A DNA stretch of 64,000 nt from Epithemia pelagica (lineage: Eukaryota > Protista > Bacillariophyta): assembly GCA_946965045.2 (NCBI GenBank), contig OX337228.1:2852001-2916000 (forward strand), in the 5' to 3' direction. The position numbers and the translations under genes are program-made. Positions 55,799 to 64,000 of the stretch are shown piece by piece. Below the pieces are notes generated by a model that searched no databases, had not been told where the DNA came from, and worked only from the letters and a program-made list of their open reading frames with translations. How positions within the stretch are numbered: position 1 is the stretch's first letter; the number at the start of each line of letters is the position of its first letter.

Positions 55799-58189
55799 AT
55801 GATGCGCTGGTCCTCCAGTTGTCCGCTGAGGGTGGCTGTTTTTAGTTTGTATTTCTGGTATGCCAATTTGAGTGTCGTGAATGCTCAAAGCGGTGCTCCG
55901 AGCCAAAGTTCGATCCCAACGTTTGTTCCCACTGTATCAATGGCACCTTCTACAACGCCCACGGAATCGCTTGCTCCGACTTCTCGGCCCACTTTCAGTC
56001 CGTCATCGATCCCCTCCGTGTCGCTACAGCCTACAGCACCTCCAACTTTGTCGGAGGCCCCTACGACGTCGCCGCAACCTTCGGCAGCGCCGACACAATC
56101 CAATGTTCCGACGCAGTTGCCGAGTTCTGTTCCCTCGCTGCGTCCGACTGTTTCATCGGAACCCTCGGCTCAACCAACCCGCTCCATGCAACCTTCCAAC
56201 ACTCCCACGATTTCTAGTCATCCGTCTGTTTCACCGTCTGTCACCCCCACGACAAGTTCACAACCTTCCGCTCAACCTTCCTCCACTCCATCCAAACAGC
56301 CTACAGCTACCCCATCCAACGCTCCCTCCTCGATTCCCACATTATCGACGCCTTTGGTAGAAAGTCGGTCCTTCCGACAGCAATTTTTGCTTTCCGAACA
56401 AGAGTTCAACGCAACTGCTGGATCAATTGTGACTCTTCTATTTGAAAGTATAACTGATATTTTCCACCCGCAACCGCAGAGAGTGACCACAACCTGTGAA
56501 ATTTTGGGACAAACGCCCTTTCCCTGTTTCGAATCAGATCAACAATGTGTGGTTTCCGGTTCGAGCTTACCCATTACCAGTTTATTTTCGACTGATGTGG
56601 ATTACTCTTGCACATGGTCGTCCGTCGTTACCGAAGTGGAAGGGTCCGCAGTCGATTTCGAATTGTACGTGGACCAGAATACCGACACAATATTGAGCCA
56701 GATGCAAGATCTGTCCTTGCCAGTACTGAATGTATTTGGAACGCGTCCGATCGCCGTCGAAGAGCCTCCTCCTCCGACCGGTAGTCCCAGTATTTCTGCA
56801 CAACCCACCACAGCCACACCAACATTGGCGCCTACAGGAACCCCTTCAGTATCGGCCAATCCAACAAGAACTCCTCATCCAACTGTGAGTCCAACTCAAT
56901 CCAGTCGTCCGACGACGACAACTGGACCAAGTACAACGCCGTCTGTGACTCCAAGCTTGTCGGTTTCTCCTTCCGTGAGTGCCGAACCCAGTGTCTGGCC
57001 CTCATTGTCACCGAGTGCACTACCAAGTAGCCCTCCATCCTTGCGTCCGAGCGGCTCTCCCACTCGACCTCCATCGCCCCCGCCCACTCGTGTTCCTACA
57101 AGGGCTCCTAGTACGGCGGATCCGACTAGGTCCCCCTTGTCATCGAACGCGCTGGCGGACAGCAATGGGGGCCAAAGTGATTCCGGTCAAGGAACCACTG
57201 TTATTGTGGTGGTAGTGGTTGTCGCAGTTGTAGCGACACTGGTTGCACTCGTTGCATGGTTTTGGAGAAGACGGAAATCGGCTGACCCCTACTACTATGA
57301 ACAAAACGAGGCCCCTGTTGTCCCGGATCAAAGACAGAATGGGGCCACTACCATGGCACCATGGCCTGTCACTACCAAGAGAATTGGATCTCATGATATA
57401 GACTCTGATATCGGCGTTGCCATTGTTTCTCCCAGTGATTCATTAGTTTCTCGGCAATCCCTTTTGTCGGTGGGAGAATCAGGGTTGGGCGACGAATCTG
57501 ATATTGAAGCCGACAATACGAGGAATCTCCAAGATGAATTTGATCAGTTCAAAGATCAGAACATTGAGCAACTTCGTTCCGATGTCGAAGGAAATGTATC
57601 AGGCTTTGAAGGCATTATGAGCGCTGCGGTAACGAAGGCACTCATGGGTGACGACTACCCACATTTGGAGTTGTCAAGCGAGCTTACTTGGGGCTGCTCA
57701 GCCAATGCGACAGGTGCAGACATTGAAGCCAGTGTTTTGTATGAAGTCAATGCATGGTTAATCCGAAAAGAGAATGCATCCGTGGATCAGAAACGAGCCT
57801 TCATGCAAGATATCCTGAACCGAATGGTGAGCAGTGTGCGATTTGGAGTGCTGCCAGCCGAAGATGCGTCTCGGACCATTCACGAATCGGCGGCACTTTT
57901 GGGGTTGCAACTCGCACACCAACTTCCAATGACTACCATCATTATTTCCGGTATGCGCAAAACAAGCGGGCCCTCGCAAATGAAGGCCGTCTTGCGAGAA
58001 TTTGGAGAATTGGATACCGTGGCGGCCGCTTCGGGTCAACGGGGATTTGGTATAGTACGATTCCGAAATCCAAAGTCTGTGGATCGGGTGATGCGGCGTT
58101 ATCGCAATGGAGAGATTGTTATTCAGGATGTTGCCATCCAAATGAAATTTCTCACACCTAGTGGGCAGGTTGAGAGTGGCAAACGATAA
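55799..58189 (+). CDS. Single-pass membrane protein: P/S/T mucin-like ectodomain, TM, cytoplasmic RRM-like domain
   Basis: Signal peptide (VAVFSLYFWYANLSVVNA-Q), PSxxPT repeats, TM followed by WRRRK, C-terminal IIISGM...FGEL...RGFGIVRF. The ORF opens at 55502. Confidence 0.8.
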   Translation: MMRWSSSCPLRVAVFSLYFWYANLSVVNAQSGAPSQSSIPTFVPTVSMAPSTTPTESLAPTSRPTFSPSSIPSVSLQPTAPPTLSEAPTTSPQPSAAPTQSNVPTQLPSSVPSLRPTVSSEPSAQPTRSMQPSNTPTISSHPSVSPSVTPTTSSQPSAQPSSTPSKQPTATPSNAPSSIPTLSTPLVESRSFRQQFLLSEQEFNATAGSIVTLLFESITDIFHPQPQRVTTTCEILGQTPFPCFESDQQCVVSGSSLPITSLFSTDVDYSCTWSSVVTEVEGSAVDFELYVDQNTDTILSQMQDLSLPVLNVFGTRPIAVEEPPPPTGSPSISAQPTTATPTLAPTGTPSVSANPTRTPHPTVSPTQSSRPTTTTGPSTTPSVTPSLSVSPSVSAEPSVWPSLSPSALPSSPPSLRPSGSPTRPPSPPPTRVPTRAPSTADPTRSPLSSNALADSNGGQSDSGQGTTVIVVVVVVAVVATLVALVAWFWRRRKSADPYYYEQNEAPVVPDQRQNGATTMAPWPVTTKRIGSHDIDSDIGVAIVSPSDSLVSRQSLLSVGESGLGDESDIEADNTRNLQDEFDQFKDQNIEQLRSDVEGNVSGFEGIMSAAVTKALMGDDYPHLELSSELTWGCSANATGADIEASVLYEVNAWLIRKENASVDQKRAFMQDILNRMVSSVRFGVLPAEDASRTIHESAALLGLQLAHQLPMTTIIISGMRKTSGPSQMKAVLREFGELDTVAAASGQRGFGIVRFRNPKSVDRVMRRYRNGEIVIQDVAIQMKFLTPSGQVESGKR

Positions 58190-58381
58190 TGTACAATACA
58201 CAATGTTGTCGGGTATCAACATGAATGAAAGAAAGGCACAATCCCTGTTAACGTTCTGCCACTTGGATCTTCATATTCTTCCTCTATCTGTTTATTCTTC
58301 AAAATAATTAGTATTAACTCAAAAAATGTTCCTCTTCCCTCTTCCTTAATTTCCGTATTAAGGGTATGCGTTCAGTTCGGT

Positions 58382-58485
58382 TCGCTTCATCTCTTCTCAA
58401 AAACGTGCTTATTTGCACTGTGTCTGTTTGTTCTCGCTTCATCTCTTCTCAAAAGCGTGCTTATCCGCACAGTGTCTGTTTGTTC
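58382..58485. repeat. 52-bp tandem duplication (4 mismatches)
   Basis: TCGCTTCATCTCTTCTCAAAA...TGTCTGTTTGTTC twice. Confidence 0.9.
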
Positions 58486-58627
58486 CTACATCGCTGAAGA
58501 CTCTGTCCCTCGCCTATTTGCAAAGTTGAGGCATTCCGCTGCCTTGAATATTGTGACTTTTTTAGATATGAGTTACGTCTCCAAGGCTATCTGAAAGCGC
58601 GGCTTAATAATATCTCGAATACTTCCA

Positions 58628-59260
58628 CTAAATGCTGCTCTCACACGCTAATTGTACCATCTTCGTTAAGGCTTTATTGGGATACCATGTCGAAGAAGGC
58701 TCATCCATATTATCCTCTAGATCATTGCAACGTAAACCGCCTGTGCTAGCTTGAAGAAGAGCCTGACATGCACCGTCTCCCTCGTGAACCGTTGTTTTGA
58801 TAGCTTCTTGGAACTGCTTTCCAAAGTCTTTGCCAAATGCTTGAACCGCTTCTTTTGCTTTGCTACCATCCCCTTTGATAACGTCGCCAAGGACGGAGTT
58901 ATTCAACACAATCAGTACAACAGGGTTTCCACTTGTTTCCAAGTTCGAAGCTATTCGCATTGCGACTGGCCCAGGCTTTTGGTCGTGAAGAAGGGCGGGT
59001 GCTGTATACCAGCCCACAATGCGGGTTTCTGTTTGTGTTTCAATCAACCCTATGGCGGTCTCGAGCAGGGGTTGAGTTGGCGTTGTGTGAGCGATGGGTA
59101 CAGCCTCATCGAGGGATAACGTCGCTGTCGTCTCGTCAAAAGAACCTAAAAGTGCACCATGAACAACGTCGCTTTTATGTTCCGCAGCATGAAGTATCAT
59201 GCTACAGAACGCATCGGGATGAACAATTACTTCGGCAGGATCTTTCATCGTCGCTTCCAA
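58628..59260 (-). CDS. EMC8: ER membrane protein complex subunit 8/9 (UPF0172, MPN-like)
   Basis: AFCSMILHAAEH...VHGALLG, DEAVPIAH, IVGWY.A. Confidence 0.8.
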   Translation of the reverse strand: MEATMKDPAEVIVHPDAFCSMILHAAEHKSDVVHGALLGSFDETTATLSLDEAVPIAHTTPTQPLLETAIGLIETQTETRIVGWYTAPALLHDQKPGPVAMRIASNLETSGNPVVLIVLNNSVLGDVIKGDGSKAKEAVQAFGKDFGKQFQEAIKTTVHEGDGACQALLQASTGGLRCNDLEDNMDEPSSTWYPNKALTKMVQLACESSI

Positions 59261-59846
59261 TTTTGGTTGTCGTTGTTATCAAGAAAAGATATGCTTGGGA
59301 ATAGGGCATAGGGAATAGGGAATAGGGATAGGTGTGTTCCTACGAGCTCTACCTACTCCTAGCTAGTAGTAACTACTCCTACTAGCTCTGGAGATGGAGA
59401 AGTGTCCTATTATTCCTCGCTAGCTCTAGCTAGAGGTATAGGTAGCTCTAACAACTCTAGTCAGACAGAGCAACCTTCATTGAGTTAAGAAGAACGACTA
59501 TGAGGCGATACCATGATCGGATGCATATCCTCTGGAGGAATTGGGGAAGAGCATATGGTATGGACAACGGAAGAGATTCCTTGTGAGACAGGAGTATTTG
59601 TCTCGGAGCAACAATCTCCGATCATCGTTCTGGTGTCTCCAATCCGTGTTCGCTGTTTGTTGGGGCGCGTTGGTTCGCCACCTGCTCTGTAATGCTTGAG
59701 CGCTCTCCACAGCTCAGTACACCCTTACACCCTTTCGGTTGCTCAAGGGTCTTGTTCTGGTCTCATCTGTGCTTTATGGGCGTCCTCTTACTGAGAGTTT
59801 CTCACAACAGAAATTGCGGATTCTGTTCTAGGTAAGTTCATTGACG

Positions 59847-62800
59847 CTAGTTTTCGTTCCCCGAAAGTAAGCCATACTCGACCCAAAGATTTTCCAAGGT
59901 GTCAAGGTTTACAGGCTTTCCGACCACGGCGTTGGCTCCACATTCTCGAAAAAATTGAACATCTTCCGACAACATATTACCCGTTACACCAACAACAAAC
60001 ATATCAAATCCCGAAGATCGAATTGCTTTTGTGGCAGTCGGCCCGTCCATCACAGGCATCTCAAAGTCCATCAAAACGCAATCAAAGCTTGCTCCACCTT
60101 CCATGATTTTGTCCAGCGCGATTTGGCCATTCTCAGCATCCTCACAAACATGGCCTCTCATTTCCAGCAGTCGACGAAGCAACTTGCGGTTGGAGCTGAC
60201 GTCATCAACAACCAACAAGCGCAATACACTTGACTCAGACGAGACAAATGGTATCTTTGATGTCTCAGTATCTTCTGTTGTTTGTGGGCTATCACTGAGC
60301 TCAACATTTCGAGCTCTATGCAAGGGTATGGTTAGCTCAAAAGTAGTTCCTCTCCCTAAACCCTCTGACCGGGCCGATAGGGTCCCATTGTGTTTTTCAA
60401 TAATGCCTTTCGAAATCCAAAGTCCAAGGCCACTCCCACCCCCGTGTTGAAGCTCTCTGGCATTGAATTGGACTCCTTCTTTAAAAAGATTCTTCAACTG
60501 CTCCTGCGTCATTCCAGCACCCGAATCAGTCACCGACAGCAGTAGTTGTCCGTACTGAAGCATAGGTATCTCGTTTTTGTTTTTTCGATGAATGACTCCA
60601 CCGCGTTCGATCAGATAATTCCTTCACCAGTCCGTGAACATGAATAGAACCACCTGTTGGTGTAAACTTTATGGCATTGGACACCAAGTTCCGCAAAACT
60701 TTTTTTAGACGAGATTCGTCACCCATTAGACTCAAGTGCTTGATTGCCGCTGGCAAGGCGTCAATCGATTTCACAGCTCGATCCTCGTCGGAGCCCTCAG
60801 GTTCGATTTCTATAGACCAGTCCAAGGAAATCTGCTTGTTTGTGGCGGGTAAACGGAATTCATTCACGACCCGACTTATCAAATCCCATGTTGGTATTAC
60901 AGTGATGTCCAGAGCCAGATCCCTTCTTTCGATTTTGTCGTAATTGAGTATATCATTTAGTACGTCAACGGCGTTTTGCGTACTCGTTTTCACTTCCTGG
61001 AGCAGGTTCATGCACTCCTCTGCGTGACCCAGACACTCGGCATCGTCAGCGGTCGAACAGCTAGCTCTGTGCTCTTCCAAAGAGCTGCAAGTGCACAACG
61101 CACTGTGGGGAATTCGTGCAACTGAAACAGGATGCGACACCGACTTTTCTTCGGAAGAAAATCTTGGACCACTATCGACCAAATCCTGCAAGGTGGTGTC
61201 GGCGTCATCCGGGGGGAAAGTTTCAACGTCCGATACAAATGTTTTCGAATTGTTTGCCACATCTTCAATAAGCTTCACAGTACGCTTATCTGTAAGAGAG
61301 GGAACAGTGGGATCGACTAGAGGCTTTTCTTGCGATTTGTCTGAATGGGAACTCGGCTTTACCATCGTTTCTCCAGAGAATCCACAACGGATTTGATTTC
61401 GCTTGTAATCACATCCAAACCCATGCAAACAGCATTTAATGGAGTCCGTACTTCATGCGATACAAAGCGCATGAAGCGGCGCTTGGCCTCCAGAAGATCT
61501 CTTGTTGCTACTAAGTCTTTGCGGACAAACGAATCATAAAGGTAAAATAAAAGTGAAGTCAAGATCATGATCAGAAGCGTTCCGATCAGCGCAATTCTTG
61601 GGTTCCGAGTCTCGTAGGCATCATAGTAATCGTCACTTGGATAGATCGCAAGATTGTAAACGGGAGACCCCTCTGCGAAAAGGTGAGCCGGCGTCAGTCG
61701 AATCCATTTTTTTCGAGAAGGATAACTTCGATCGTGGTTGTCGCCATTAGAGCTATTTACAGGAAAAGCAAAGAACCAGTGAGTCATACCGTATGAGTCA
61801 CAGATTGTATCTTCACGAAAAACGTACTGGCTGACCACATTTCCACAAGATATTCGATAGGTATGAGATTCCCATTGGTTGGAAAGAACACAGTCAACTC
61901 CATAAACGGTTTCAGCAAACACATTTTCCAAGAGAGTATCCCAAACCGTTAACCCCATCACAATACCGGTAACCTAAAAAATTATCGTTAAGATGTCGTT
62001 CATCAAGAGGTAAACATTTCACGTTCATCATCGGTGAACCTACCGAAAAGCGGTCATTAACAGGCCGAATGGGCTGGAAGATCGGTGAGGCCGGACCCCG
62101 AGTTCGAAACTTTCGAACTTGCGTCATCGGCAATGTAACGGCACACCCAAGGTCCGCTTCATCTTGATAACTATAGGGATGAGTGCGTTCAAGATCCTTG
62201 TTATCTCCAGATGAGGATGATTCGTTCATCTTTTCATAGACACAATCTAACATTCGTTCAATTGCAACGCCCCGAACAGGATCTGAATGGAGATCAAACA
62301 TCAGTACAGGATCACTGCCTTCGTCCACATGAAATATCGGAGTCAAGATCTCGTACGAACAATTGAAGCGGCATTTCCCCAAGTTATGAAAACGTTTGTC
62401 AGGCGACGACGAATTCGGATTAACAGCCCAAAGGCCTCTCCCGAATGATGAAACCCCTGTGTTGTTGGGGAATGGACGAGGTTTGTTTGTATTGTAAAAG
62501 AAGTCGTAGGCATATTTCTCCCACTCGTCCAATTGATCCGGTTGCACAATCCATGCCACAGCGGTGTCGACACTTTTTGTGGCATTTGTAGTCCATTTGC
62601 AATGCGTTCATAGCCTGGAACATGAACAAAAGGGTACTCGGAGGCATTGGGTAGAACCTCTGCTATTATCGATGACATCGTTATGGTGAGCCAACGCCGT
62701 GCAAGAAGAACCATCGATGCTTCTGTGAGAGCTCGATCAGCGATGGAATCAAAATGTGTATCTGCTAAGTCGCGTTCACTGTTTCTGAGCATGTAGAAAC

Positions 62801-62888
62801 CAAAAGTCCCCAAAATTACGGCCGCAACAATCAGGCATAAAACAAAAAGAAGGCGGCCTATTTTGATGGCAGAGTCCGTATCGAGCAT
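59847..62888 (-). pseudogene. Membrane-bound hybrid histidine kinase (TM-sensor-TM-HisKA-HATPase-REC), frame disrupted
   Basis: FVSHEVRTPLN, LRNLVSNAIKFT, VTDSGAGM, GSGLGLWI, VVDD..DFEMPVMDG..KP; intron 61974-62043; frame breaks near 62585, 61368 and 60600. Confidence 0.8.
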
Positions 62889-63404
62889 TGACCTTGAGTT
62901 AGGGCCGTACCCAGAGAGATCATCCTCTCTGTATTGACCGAGGATTGTCTCTCATTGGTGTCGAAGAAACTGAATCTCTCTCTGGATTTTCTATCGTGCC
63001 TTTCATCTTCATGATGATGCGCTGCAAACAAATTGGAGTAAGAGGGGAACAGATCCAGTTCTTCACGAACGCGCAAAGGGAAGCGAGATGCGAGGTCAGA
63101 GAGGTAGAGAACATAGAACATGTTTTTTGTTTTTGTTTTTTGTCGCATGTTCGCTGTGGCTTAAAATGAGAAGGGAGAAGGGAGCGCCACGAATAAGATA
63201 GATAGAGAGGATAGCAAGGGTAGTCCTTTCACTTCACCAGCTCCATGGCGCTACAGAGAGCTAATTTTTCAACAACAAAAAAGATTGTGAAAAACGACTG
63301 ATAGTGTCTTCGACAAAAGAAAACTGTGCTTGTGGTTGCATACCCTAGCACATTGAAACTCTCCTTACCACGTAGTTGTCCAACAAGAAGGGGGACACAG
63401 GAAC

Positions 63405-64000
63405 ATGACGGTTTCCTTGTCGCATCAAAGGACCGAGTCATTGAAGGCTGCCTTGGGCAAGATGGAATCGACGACCAAGGCAGCTTTCCGGTGTGCGGAT
63501 CAGCTCGCAAGCCGAGCTGGGCAACTAGATTCTCTTACAAGCCCAGCATCGGATTCGTCGAACATGCTTAGTCGTGCCAATGTCAACTTAGCCGCGACCC
63601 TCATTCTGATACGAGAAGCTAAAGAAAAGTTTGATACAGGGTCTGATTGTGAACCAGCGATTGAGCGCCTGCACAAGGGTGTCTTATCGTTCCAAGATCG
63701 ATTGAATAGAAACAAATCCACAAATACAACCAATCAATCCGCACTATTGAAACAAAGTCGGGTCAATCTCACGGAGCAAGATATCTATGCTGCAGCTGAT
63801 TCCATGGAAATATTGAGAGATGCATTCAGATACTTTTCTCAGCGGTCCAGTTGGAGAGCAACCCCTGGGACACTATCTAATTTGGAACGTTTGTATAAAA
63901 TGGGTGAAGATAGCATGTGCTTGCTTGTCACCTTGCATTTGAAATCAGCTGGACAAGGAGCACGGCCCCAACGAAACAAACCCGCAATTTCACCTGCTGT
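63405..64000 (+). CDS. Probable exocyst subunit Exo70, N-terminal part (runs off the window)
   Basis: My own translation from ATG 63405 is open to the end: LKAALGKM...QLDSLTSPASDSSNMLSRANVNLAATL...KFD, which resembles the Exo70 N-terminus. Confidence 0.55.
   Translation, partial: MTVSLSHQRTESLKAALGKMESTTKAAFRCADQLASRAGQLDSLTSPASDSSNMLSRANVNLAATLILIREAKEKFDTGSDCEPAIERLHKGVLSFQDRLNRNKSTNTTNQSALLKQSRVNLTEQDIYAAADSMEILRDAFRYFSQRSSWRATPGTLSNLERLYKMGEDSMCLLVTLHLKSAGQGARPQRNKPAISPA

Noticed and set aside
62920-63148. Upstream N-terminal extension of the histidine kinase
   Set aside because: Requires an additional assumed frameshift; no sequence support beyond an open frame.

Overview
Eukaryotic nuclear DNA, most likely from a pennate diatom. 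Support: a CoDi-like Copia element, ASAFAP-type plastid presequences, short GT-AG introns, a family-C GPCR and a hybrid histidine kinase. The window has about 20 host genes: tRNA-Gln, LRR protein, TRM6, duplicated GT-like protein, GPAT, GPCR, ERD2, DUF760/EF-hand, CMC1, WDR82, RPB11, a SNARE, a rhomboid, ABC1K, EMC8/9, a frameshifted histidine kinase and partial Exo70. These are interleaved with many transposable elements: the 3' part of a Copia LTR retrotransposon, a three-level nested cluster of non-autonomous DNA elements, Stowaway- and Tourist-like MITEs, a 1.4-kb foldback-like element with a 12-bp TSD, a degenerate CRE-clade non-LTR element, and an apparently intact two-gene PIF/Harbinger-group transposon. 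Top leads: (1) the accessory protein of that transposon looks like an alpha-crystallin/HSP20 domain; (2) a stand-alone Ffh/SRP54 M-domain-like protein with a mitochondrial-type presequence; (3) a mucin-stalk membrane protein with a cytoplasmic RRM. All family assignments come from motif recognition by eye; no database searches were run.
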